NCBI GenBank assembly: GCA_050943075.1
Contig: JBMNOM010000001.1
Span: 1 to 48,550, forward strand
DNA: 48,550 bases
Source: Christensenellales bacterium
GTDB taxonomy: Bacteria > Bacillota > Clostridia > Christensenellales > UBA1242
Direction of reading: 5' to 3'
Positions 1 through 7,368 of the stretch are shown piece after piece. The notes under the pieces are model-generated. The model saw nothing but the letters and a program-made list of their open reading frames with translations. It made no database searches and was not told where the DNA came from. The number at the start of each line of letters is the position of its first letter. The first letter of the stretch is position 1. A program made the position numbers and the translations under genes.

Positions 1-2
1 CT

Positions 3-695
3 AAGGAAATTTTAAACGAGATTACCGGATCAAACTTACAAGAAGTTTTAACTGAATATTACAAACTTATTAAGTTTGACAAGTCAATTAAAGAAGAAGA
101 TTTTAATAATCATAAAAACAGTGGTGGCTTAATTTTATATGCAATTAATAATATCATTGATAAGCATTCACACGAACAAGCTCAACACTTTCAAAACAGT
201 GCGCGCATTGCAGCACGTTTTGCAACCGAACTTAAACTTAACATTCAAGACAGAAGAAATTTAATTTTGCTTGCAAAATATCACGACATTGGCAAAATTA
301 ATGTGGACAAAGAAATTTTGAACAAACCGGGAAAATTAACACAAGAAGAATGGGAAATTATTAAAAAACACCCAATTCATTCCTACAACATTTTGAAACC
401 ACTTAACTTTATGAAAGAAGTTGCAGAAGGTGCACTTTGTCATCATGAAAGATACAATGGAAATGGCTATCCAAACAACCTTAGAGGAGAGGAAATTCCT
501 CTGCTTGCAAGAATTATTTCCATTGTTGACACCTACGAAGTTTTAACAAGTGGAAAAGTTTATAAACCCGCTGTTTCAGTTGAAGAAGCACTTAAAGAAT
601 TGCAAAGATGCGCAGGCACTCAATTCGACCCAAAACTTGTTGATTGTTTTGTTAAATTCATTTTGAAAGAACATAATAAGGAACAAACAAAATAA
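3..695 (+). CDS. HD-GYP domain phosphohydrolase (c-di-GMP phosphodiesterase-like), 5' end cut by window edge
   Basis: The frame is open from base 3 to TAA at 693-695. The translation has the HD signature (KYHDIGK) and HHERYNGNGYP, a variant of HHExxDGxGYP. A hairpin terminator follows. Confidence 0.85.
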   Translation, partial: KEILNEITGSNLQEVLTEYYKLIKFDKSIKEEDFNNHKNSGGLILYAINNIIDKHSHEQAQHFQNSARIAARFATELKLNIQDRRNLILLAKYHDIGKINVDKEILNKPGKLTQEEWEIIKKHPIHSYNILKPLNFMKEVAEGALCHHERYNGNGYPNNLRGEEIPLLARIISIVDTYEVLTSGKVYKPAVSVEEALKELQRCAGTQFDPKLVDCFVKFILKEHNKEQTK

Positions 696-708
696 AAAAC
701 ATTAACCA

Positions 709-735
709 AACAGCAAATCACTTGCTGTTTTTTTC
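709..735 (+). terminator. Rho-independent terminator after the HD-GYP gene
   Basis: 8-bp stem aacagcaa/ttgctgtt (709-716 with 722-729), 5-nt loop, then a T-run. Confidence 0.7.
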
Positions 736-816
736 TTGCAATTAATTAAGCAAAAATGACAATTAATAAAAATTTTTTAATTTAATCCTTATCATTTGAA
801 AATTAATCAAAAACTT

Positions 817-856
817 TAAAAAAACAAATATCACAATTAATGATATTTGTTTTTTG
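817..856 (-). terminator. Rho-independent terminator of the collagen-like gene (symmetric, could act both ways)
   Basis: 10-bp stem acaaatatca/tgatatttgt (824-833 with 841-850), 7-nt loop, A-run on one side and T-run on the other. Confidence 0.7.
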
Positions 857-867
857 TTGTTTCATTT

Positions 868-1611
868 TTAAGCAAAACTTACGTTGTCCAAGTCCATGGA
901 TTGCTCGCCTTCAGCATCAACAACAAAGTCAATTCTCACACCTGTTGCATCAATTGGCGCAGGCGTGGTGTATATGGTGAAAAACTGAAAACTTCTGTCG
1001 CTATCAGACAAGTCTTGCTGCCTAACCATAATCTCCGCCCCAAGAACATCTCCACCTGGGGTTAAAAAGTTTACAGTTGCCACAAAGCCAACTTGCGCTC
1101 CTTCACCATGAGCAAAAAATGAAAATTCATAAATACATCCTGGCGTGATGTCTTCAATAACTTGTGTTAAAATTCCATCATCTTCAACGTTAACTGCTGA
1201 TTCTCCAGTGTGCACTCTGCCTTGCTGAGTCACTTGTGAAATTGCAGCTGGCGTTGTTGAAGTCCAACCTGTTGGAATATCTCCTGTAAATAATTCCATT
1301 CCACCATTAACAACAAGGTTTCCCAAAAATGGACAAGCGCTTTCCCCAGTTGCACCAGTGCTTCCGGTTGCACCTGTGGCTCCAGTTGCTCCAGTTGCAC
1401 CTGTGGCACCAATTGCTCCAGTGCTTCCGGTTGGCCCGGTTGGGCCTGTAATTCCAAATCCAGTTGGCCCTGTTGGACCAGTTGGCCCTGTTGGACAAAT
1501 TATGCAGTCTTGACATGGTGTTTTAATTTTGTCTTCACAAGGTTTAAATTTATGACAACGGCAATGGTTAAAATCTCTGTTGCAAACATTGCATCTATTA
1601 ATACAAAACAT
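868..1611 (-). CDS. Collagen-like triple-helix-repeat protein with Cys-rich N-terminus and globular C-terminal domain (BclA/exosporium-hair-like architecture)
   Basis: 247-aa ORF with SD GGAGAG 5 nt upstream of the ATG. There are 9 Cys in the first 39 aa, then 16 G-X-T triplets (GPT/GAT/GST). The C-terminal ~155-aa non-repetitive domain (NGGMELF..IPTGW..) looks like a jelly-roll/CBM-type head. Confidence 0.85.
   Translation of the reverse strand: MFCINRCNVCNRDFNHCRCHKFKPCEDKIKTPCQDCIICPTGPTGPTGPTGFGITGPTGPTGSTGAIGATGATGATGATGATGSTGATGESACPFLGNLVVNGGMELFTGDIPTGWTSTTPAAISQVTQQGRVHTGESAVNVEDDGILTQVIEDITPGCIYEFSFFAHGEGAQVGFVATVNFLTPGGDVLGAEIMVRQQDLSDSDRSFQFFTIYTTPAPIDATGVRIDFVVDAEGEQSMDLDNVSFA
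1345..1488 (-). repeat. In-frame GXT (GPT/GAT) triplet tandem repeat, 9-nt periodic DNA
   Basis: Codons Gly42-Gly89 of the 868-1611 ORF read [50 protein letters not shown]. This is locally much more GC-rich than the flanks. Confidence 0.9.
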
Positions 1612-1769
1612 CTTTCTCTCCTATTAAATGACACCATCAAAAGAAGGGCAAAAAAAACAAAGGGTGTCACACTTCATTTTATGAATTACAGCAGCATAAA
1701 GTTATGCTAATTGTAAATAAAAACATTATTAATGTATAAAACCTTTTGTGCGTGTCAAAAATTAACACC

Positions 1770-3254
1770 ATGAAAACAATTTGGGAAAACAAAATTAAAA
1801 AATTTGATAAGCTTAATCAAAACATTTCTTGCGACACCCTTATCATTGGTGGCGGAATTGCTGGAATTTGGTGTGCTTATAAATTAACAAAAGCTGGGCA
1901 AAAGGTGTGCGTTTTGTAAGCGAACAGAATTGGAAGCGGGGTGACAGCTGGTTCTTCTTCAATTTTAACCTTTGCGCAAGAACTTTTGTATAACACATTA
2001 ATTAATAAGCACGGAACAGACACCGCAAAGCAATATTTATCCGACACACAAAAAGCAATTAAAGAAATTGTGCAAGTTGTGAAAGAAGAAAAAATTAATT
2101 GCGATTTGCAAGAAACAAATTTTGTTTTATACAGCACAAAATTGTGTGGGGCAAAAAAAATTGTTAAAGAAAAAAAGGCTTTTGAAACACTTGAGTTGAA
2201 TTTGGATTTTGTAAGTTTAACAGAACTGCCCCATCAATCCAAAAAAGCCCTTCTTGCAAAAGGCTCATTTTTGCTTGACCCCTTAAAACTAATGGCCGGC
2301 CTTGTGGATTATTTGGTTAAAAATGGCGCACAAATTTTTGAACAAACTTTTGTGACAAGCCAACCAGATGGCAAAATTTTAAAAATTGACAACAATACAA
2401 TCCATGCCAAAAACTTCATTGTGGCAACTCATTACCCTTTCATTAATTTTCCTGGGTTTTACTTTTTAAAATTGTATCAAAGCCAAAATTATACAATTGT
2501 GTTTAAACCCTCACAAAAACAAGAAAGTTTTGCACTGAACACAACTTACGAGTGTATTGACAAAAATGGCTTTGAATATCGCAGAGTGGGAAAAAACATT
2601 TTGTGTTTGGGTCCAGACGTGCGCACTGGCAAAAAAACATATCACAGCAAATATAGAATTATTGAAGAGCATTTAAAAGAGGATTTTTCAGAATATAAGG
2701 AAATCACACGTTTCAGCGCGCAAGATTGCATCACTGCAGACCAACTTCCCTATGCCGGCCTTTACAGCAATTTTTTAAACAATGTTTATGTTTTGACAGG
2801 TTTTAATAAATGGGGAATAACAAATTCATATATAACCTCAAGCGTGGTTTGCAATATGATAACAAAAAAAATAAGTGGAACAAAAAACATATATGCACCA
2901 GACAGAAACAACTTCTTTGCATCAATAATTCAAACAGTTAAAAACTTGGATGTCGACATTGCAGGCTGGGGTGAAAACTTAATTAGTTTTGACAACAAAA
3001 AAATTGCAAGAATTAAAAAAGGCCAAGGTGCAACTGTTAAAATTAAAGGAAAACGCGTTGGAATTTACCGTGATAAAAATAACAAACTTCATTGTGTAAG
3101 TGCAACTTGCACACACCTTGGTTGTGCATTAAAATGGAACAAAGATGAAACAAGTTTTGACTGTCCTTGCCATGGCTCACGCTTTAACACCAGCGGCAAA
3201 GTGCTTAACAACCCTGCATTTGAAAACTTGAAAAAAATTGATTTGGAAAACTAA
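1770..3254 (+). pseudogene. FAD-dependent oxidoreductase fused to a C-terminal Rieske [2Fe-2S] domain, interrupted by one in-frame TAA (1917-1919)
   Basis: ATG 1770 gives MKTIWEN..DTLIIGGGIAGIWCAYKLTKAGQKVCVL, then TAA. The same frame continues ANRIGSGVTAGSSS.. for 445 more codons to TAA 3252-3254. The GxGxxG Rossmann motif lies upstream of the stop. The Rieske motifs CTHLGC and CPCHGS are intact near the C-terminus. Confidence 0.7.
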
Positions 3255-3303
3255 AACAAGGCCACGATTTCATATGATTTAAGAAAACTTTAATAAAAAC
3301 AAT

Positions 3304-3331
3304 AAAAACCCGCAAAAAAATGCGGTTTTTT
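3304..3331 (+). terminator. Rho-independent terminator after the oxidoreductase gene
   Basis: Stem ccgca/tgcgg (3310-3314 with 3321-3325), A6 loop, then T6. Confidence 0.6.
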
Positions 3332-3434
3332 CATTAAAAAAATTAAAAAATACTTTTAACAGCAAAACAATATAAGTTTGAAAAATAGCTTATATTTGTT
3401 AAGTAAACAAAAAAATGATAACAAATTTTAAATA

Positions 3435-3443
3435 TGATATAAT
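3435..3443 (+). promoter_or_regulatory. Extended -10 element TGaTATAAT immediately upstream of the glycosylase ATG
   Basis: TG at 3435-3436 and TATAAT at 3438-3443. Only 6 nt separate the -10 from ATG 3450, and there is no SD. Confidence 0.4.
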
Positions 3444-3449
3444 AAAATT

Positions 3450-3977
3450 ATGGAAGAAAAAAGAATTTCAAACACATTGTTATTACAGCAAGACGCCCTG
3501 CAAGCAGTTTATTTTTTACTTGGCAAAATTATTGTGCGTAAGATAAATAATGATATAATTAGAAAAAGAATAACCGAAGTTGAAGTTTACAAACAAGACG
3601 ATTCCGCTTGCCATGCTTTCAAAGGCAAAACAAAAAGAAATGCACCTCTTTTTGGAGACGCTGGCACAATTTATGTTTATCTTTGTTATGGTTTGCACAA
3701 TATTGTAAACATTGTCACAGGGGAAAATGGCAACGCCCAAGGCATTATGTTGCGCGGTTTAGACAACACTTTTGGAAGCGGAAAAGTGGGCAAAATTTTG
3801 CACGCAAATTTAAGTTTAAACTTTCAAAACATAACAACAAGTGATGAGCTTTGGCTTGAAGATGATGGCTTTATTGTTAATCCAAAAAACGTTATAACAG
3901 AAAAACGCATTGGCATTTCTTACGCAAAAGAAGAAGATCAAAACAAACTTTGGCGCTTTCGCTTGAAAGGCTTTTGA
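3450..3977 (+). CDS. mpg: DNA-3-methyladenine glycosylase (Mpg/AAG family)
   Basis: 175 aa with the family-typical blocks ITEVEVYKQDDSACHAFKGKTKRNAPLFGDAGTIYVYLCYGLHNIVNIVT. It ends at TGA 3975-3977, just before a strong hairpin. Confidence 0.85.
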   Translation: MEEKRISNTLLLQQDALQAVYFLLGKIIVRKINNDIIRKRITEVEVYKQDDSACHAFKGKTKRNAPLFGDAGTIYVYLCYGLHNIVNIVTGENGNAQGIMLRGLDNTFGSGKVGKILHANLSLNFQNITTSDELWLEDDGFIVNPKNVITEKRIGISYAKEEDQNKLWRFRLKGF

Positions 3978-4001
3978 AGTAATTTTAAAATATTTAACAA
4001 T

Positions 4002-4040
4002 AAAAAAAGATGCAATTTTTATTGCATCTTTTAATTTTTT
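4002..4040. terminator. Bidirectional Rho-independent terminator between the convergent mpg and MerR-family genes
   Basis: 12-bp stem aaaagatgcaat/attgcatctttt (4005-4016 with 4021-4032), tttt loop, A-run upstream and T-run downstream. Confidence 0.75.
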
Positions 4041-4113
4041 AACAAAAGAACAGTGTTTTTTGCGTGTTTTTCTTTAATTTTTTTGTTTTTTTATAATAAA
4101 ATCATAAAAAACA

Positions 4114-4902
4114 CTATTTCACAGGTACTTGAATTTCAGTTAAAAATTCCTCTTCACTTTCTTTGTTCCAAACGCCGTCTATATATCTTTCTCTTGGATG
4201 GTCAATAATTTCATATCCATTTTTCTTAATGTATTCCAAAACAAAAGCATACGCCTGGCCAATGCTAGAATAACTTCCCTTGTGATAAATGCACACACTA
4301 CTCACAGCATCAAGTTTTTTAAACTTAATTACATCGTTAGACTTTCCTTCTTCAATTACCGCTTGAGAATAACGATATTTAATGTTTTTGTCACGATATT
4401 CACCATCAAGATATTCTGAAAAACAATAATCAGGTTCAATGCATTTAATGTTTGGGTTTAATGCAAAACATTCTTGTGCGCTTTGCAAAATAAATTCGGT
4501 TAGTTTTGAAAAGTCTTCCAAAACCCCTTCTTTATAATACACAACAACTTCTGGCAACTGCTTAACAACAACTTCATATTTCATTTTTTCATCTCCCAAT
4601 AAATAATTAATTTTTGCGAGCTTTACATTGTATTCATTAAGTGCCTTTTGCAAATCTTGCTTTTTTCTGTTTAAAGAAGCGTTAAAATCATTTCCTTGCA
4701 TAATTTCCTTAATTTCCTCAATTGAAAAACCAATTTGCCTTAATGAAATCACTTTTGAAAGTTCCAATAATTTGCTTGAATCATAATAGCGATAACCATT
4801 AACATCCACATAAGACGGCAACAAAATTTTTTCTTTTTCGTAGTATCTTAATGTTTTAACCGTTGTCTTTGCAAGAGCGGAAAACTCACCAATTTTATAC
4901 AT
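4114..4902 (-). CDS. MerR-family transcriptional regulator with C-terminal GyrI-like effector-binding domain (BmrR-like architecture)
   Basis: 262 aa with an N-terminal MerR HTH (YKIGEFSALAKTTVKTLRYYEKEKILLP), a central coiled-coil-like linker and a ~150-aa C-terminal domain. SD GAGG lies upstream of ATG 4902. The stop is TAG. Confidence 0.85.
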   Translation of the reverse strand: MYKIGEFSALAKTTVKTLRYYEKEKILLPSYVDVNGYRYYDSSKLLELSKVISLRQIGFSIEEIKEIMQGNDFNASLNRKKQDLQKALNEYNVKLAKINYLLGDEKMKYEVVVKQLPEVVVYYKEGVLEDFSKLTEFILQSAQECFALNPNIKCIEPDYCFSEYLDGEYRDKNIKYRYSQAVIEEGKSNDVIKFKKLDAVSSVCIYHKGSYSSIGQAYAFVLEYIKKNGYEIIDHPRERYIDGVWNKESEEEFLTEIQVPVK

Positions 4903-4921
4903 TTTTAACCTCGCTGACTAA

Positions 4922-4952
4922 AGTTTATTCTATGCTCTAAGGGGAGAGTCAA
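4922..4952 (-). promoter_or_regulatory. Putative MerR-type promoter: TTGACT - 19-bp spacer - TAAACT
   Basis: The minus strand reads TTGACT(4952-4947) ctccccttagagcatagaa TAAACT(4927-4922). The spacer is exactly 19 nt, and the ATG lies about 20 nt downstream. Confidence 0.5.
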
Positions 4953-5148
4953 GGCTTTTTTAAAACAAAAAAACAATTTTTTGAAAACTTTATGCTTCTT
5001 TTCAAAAACAATAACCCGCCACTTCATTTAATACTTTAATAATAACACATATAAAACAAATTCGCTTCTTAAGAATTAATTTAGCTTGCATTTTGTGTAA
5101 AGTGCTTTATTTTTTTATTTTCTGTTTTTATTTATATTAAATATTGCT

Positions 5149-5174
5149 CTGGTTTGGGTTGCTGGTTTGGGTTG
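5149..5174. repeat. Perfect tandem duplication of a 13-mer (ctggtttgggttg x2)
   Basis: 5149-5161 is identical to 5162-5174. A related tttgggttg recurs at about 5230-5238, on the other side of the 5185-5217 hairpin. Confidence 0.9.
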
Positions 5175-5184
5175 CTTCATCAAC

Positions 5185-5217
5185 AAAAACAAGGCGGGTT
5201 CTTCCCGCCTTGTTTTA
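5185..5217. terminator. Strong symmetric hairpin terminator with no annotated gene attached
   Basis: 10-bp GC-rich stem acaaggcggg/cccgccttgt (5189-5198 with 5204-5213), extendable by A:T pairs. 5-nt loop, A-run upstream and T-run downstream. Confidence 0.6.
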
Positions 5218-5425
5218 AGTAAAGAAACCCTTTTGGGTTGATCTTTACACTTTTAATATGTGCAGTCAAAATTAAATTATTCAAAAAATTTAAAAATTTT
5301 CTTAATTCGTCCAAAATTTAAAAATTTGCACTAATTAAACTTTTAATAAGCATAAAATAGAAAAAAACATAGTAAAAACAAAAATTTAGTTAGAAAAACA
5401 ATCATAAATAAATATCAATTAATGA

Positions 5426-5454
5426 TTGACAAAAAGGGCAAAAATTTATATAAT
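5426..5454 (+). promoter_or_regulatory. Consensus sigma-A-type promoter of tRNA-Thr
   Basis: TTGACA (5426-5431), 17-nt spacer, TATAAT (5449-5454). The tRNA starts 25 nt downstream. Confidence 0.7.
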
Positions 5455-5479
5455 ACTTTTGCTTTTTGCAGCATTAAAT

Positions 5480-5555
5480 GCTGATGTGGCGCAGTCGGTA
5501 GCGCACATCCTTGGTAAGGATGAGGTCACGGGTTCAAATCCCGTCATCAGCTCCA
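5480..5555 (+). tRNA. tRNA-Thr (anticodon GGT), CCA end encoded
   Basis: Hand-folded cloverleaf. Acceptor stem GCTGATG/CATCAGC, D stem GCGC/GCGC, anticodon stem CATCC/GGATG. The anticodon loop is TTGGTAA, with GGT at 5513-5515. T arm ACGGG-TTCAAAT-CCCGT, discriminator T, CCA at 5553-5555. Confidence 0.95.
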
Positions 5556-5557
5556 TT

Positions 5558-5583
5558 AAAAAGCCCCTTTGGGGGCTTTTTTC
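5558..5583. terminator. Rho-independent terminator after the tRNA (symmetric; may also serve the convergent glycosyltransferase gene)
   Basis: Stem agcccc/ggggct (5562-5567 with 5572-5577), 4-nt loop, flanked by an A-run and a T-run. Confidence 0.75.
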
Positions 5584-5703
5584 CTTTGCTTATCTTTAAG
5601 CAAAAGTGCAGACATTTTTTGTCTGCAAATGGAGCCTATCAGCGTTTACTTTCCAAATAATTACAAAAAACACAACTTTAGGGTTGTGTTTTTTCATATA
5701 TTA

Positions 5704-7053
5704 TTATTTATTTGCTTTAATTTTCTTTTCAGCCTTTGGCTTTTTTGCTTTGATTTTCTTTTCGGCTTTTGGTGGTTTTGCCATCTTACGGTTTGATTTT
5801 TCTGCTTTTTTGATTGCAAGTTTTTCAAGCTGTTTGTCGCTATTTGCAAGCATTTTTTTAATTTGTTTAACAAGTTGTGAGGCTTCTGTTTTGTTTAAAG
5901 GCTCGGCCTTTGTGTAAACCACATTTTCTGCTGTTTCAACCAAATTTCCAACTTCAAAAATTGCGTTTGGTTTACGCACTTTAAGTGCACCTTGTTTTAA
6001 TTCTTCAAGTTTGTAATTGTTGTCGTATAAATCTGTTAAAGTTTTTTGAAGTGGTTTTTTTGTGCTGTAATTTAACGCTGCTCCACTTTGCACCAAAAAC
6101 TTCATATTTGCTTTTTCTTGTTCTGCCAAGTTAACTGGCAAAAGCATTGGAATCCCTTTGTTTAAGCTTTCTGTCACGGAAATTCCGCCTGCTTTACCCA
6201 CCAAAATGTCCGCAGCGCTCATAACTTTTGAAACAAAGTCAATAAAGCCATAGTTAAACACTTTGTGTTTTGTTTTGGCTGCTTTTAAAAGTGAATCAAT
6301 TTTCTTTTTGCTTTGAGTGTCTTTACCATTCACAACCACAATTTGAAGTGGACGCTTAACTTTGAGAAGTTTTTTGAAAATTTTAACATTTTGTCCAAAA
6401 CCGCCACCGCCAAACATTAAAAGAACAGTAAACATGTTTTGAGCAAGCCCAAGTTCTTCTCTGGCTTGGCTTTTTGAAAAGTATTCACTAAACTCTTTTT
6501 TAACTGGCAACCCAATTGTAATAATTTGCTCTGGCTTAAACCCTTTATAAATTAAATCTTCATACATCAATTCTGTTGGCGAAATTACTTTATCAATGCC
6601 AATTGATGCCTCCCAAAATGGATGCACAGCATAATCTGTGACAATTGAAATTGTTTTGGCAGGGATTGGGTAAATTTTTCTTAAATTTGATATTATAATC
6701 GAACCAAAAAAATGAGTGCATATAATCACATCAGGTTCAAAAAGATATATATCTTGTAAAAGCCCAGCAGATTCCTTAAGAATTGTGCTTTGTGCCGCCA
6801 CTTTGTTGCGTTTTTCTGGGTCGGTTTTTTGAAACGCCCTGTAAAACATGTTGTAAATTGGCATTGCATATTTACATGCTGCCATATAGCCTTCGTTTAT
6901 CACTTTTTGTTTAAGTAAAGGCGAATATTTTTTAAATAAGTCAATAACTTTAACTTTGTTGTTAGGATTTTGTTCCAAAAGTGATTTTATCGCTTTTGCA
7001 ATTGAGTTGTGCCCTTCACCAGCTGTCACGGTCACAATCATGATTTTTTTCAT
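5704..7053 (-). CDS. ugtP: UgtP/YpfP-type (MGDG-synthase N-domain + GT28 C-domain) diacylglycerol glycosyltransferase with Lys-rich C-terminal extension
   Basis: I place the start at ATG 7053, with SD AGAAGGA upstream. The 25 codons further upstream in the ORF track have no SD. MKKIMIVTVTAGEGHNSIAKAI.., LLMFGGGGFG and GKAGGISVTESL are typical of this family. The last ~70 aa are Lys/Ala/Glu-rich. Confidence 0.85.
   Translation of the reverse strand: MKKIMIVTVTAGEGHNSIAKAIKSLLEQNPNNKVKVIDLFKKYSPLLKQKVINEGYMAACKYAMPIYNMFYRAFQKTDPEKRNKVAAQSTILKESAGLLQDIYLFEPDVIICTHFFGSIIISNLRKIYPIPAKTISIVTDYAVHPFWEASIGIDKVISPTELMYEDLIYKGFKPEQIITIGLPVKKEFSEYFSKSQAREELGLAQNMFTVLLMFGGGGFGQNVKIFKKLLKVKRPLQIVVVNGKDTQSKKKIDSLLKAAKTKHKVFNYGFIDFVSKVMSAADILVGKAGGISVTESLNKGIPMLLPVNLAEQEKANMKFLVQSGAALNYSTKKPLQKTLTDLYDNNYKLEELKQGALKVRKPNAIFEVGNLVETAENVVYTKAEPLNKTEASQLVKQIKKMLANSDKQLEKLAIKKAEKSNRKMAKPPKAEKKIKAKKPKAEKKIKANK
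5707..5772 (-). repeat. Tandem 33-nt coding repeat (PKAEKKIKAKK / PKAEKKIKANK) at the 3' end of the glycosyltransferase gene
   Basis: Codon-by-codon reading of 5707-5739 and 5740-5772 gives two near-identical 11-aa units. Confidence 0.85.
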
Positions 7054-7350
7054 GTTAATTCCTTCTTTGTCAAAATATAGTATATTTATTTTTATTAAAA
7101 AAAACAAAACATTAATTATTACAATCAACTTTTGTTTGTATGGTTTTGTTTATCAACAAATATATTGTATCACAAATTTAAAACAATGTTAACTAAAAAA
7201 TTACACTAGAATAACAACCGATTTTTTTTAAAGCGCGAATATAGTCGAAAGGTAATTTTATGTCTTTTAAAAATGATTTCAAGTGCGCTTATTAGTTTAT
7301 ATTTTGCAGTTATACAATTATGTTTTTTGTGATAAATATTGGAAAAATTG

Positions 7351-7359
7351 TGATATAAT
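7351..7359 (+). promoter_or_regulatory. Extended -10 element TGaTATAAT just upstream of the methyltransferase ATG
   Basis: TG at 7351-7352 and TATAAT at 7354-7359. Only 9 nt lie before ATG 7369, with no convincing SD. It is the same 9-mer as at 3435-3443. Confidence 0.35.
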
Positions 7360-7368
7360 TGAGTTGAT

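Noticed and set aside
1230-1516. Two additional minus-strand ORFs (75 and 69 aa) overlapping the collagen-like gene in other frames
   Set aside because: They are read-through artefacts of the 9-nt periodic GXT repeat, which stays open in all frames. They have no SD and a low-complexity translation.
3975-3977. Possibility of Mycoplasma-type code 4 (TGA = Trp), given the low GC content and lipoprotein-rich content
   Set aside because: TGA at 3975-3977 ends mpg just before the terminator hairpin, and reading through would run across that hairpin. The Trp codons I checked (e.g. in rpoC) are TGG. ORFs of 1.2-6 k codons are intact under the standard code.
5569-5917. Two overlapping plus-strand ORFs (75 and 103 aa, Phe/Leu-rich)
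   Set aside because: They are the antisense image of the Lys-rich tail and tandem repeat of the glycosyltransferase gene. They start inside the tRNA terminator region and have no SD.
7054-7128. 25-codon N-terminal extension of the UgtP-type gene
   Set aside because: The extension (MIVIINVLFFLIKINILYFDKEGIN) lies in the AT-rich promoter region without an SD. ATG 7053 has a good SD and starts the conserved MKKIMIVT..GEGH block.
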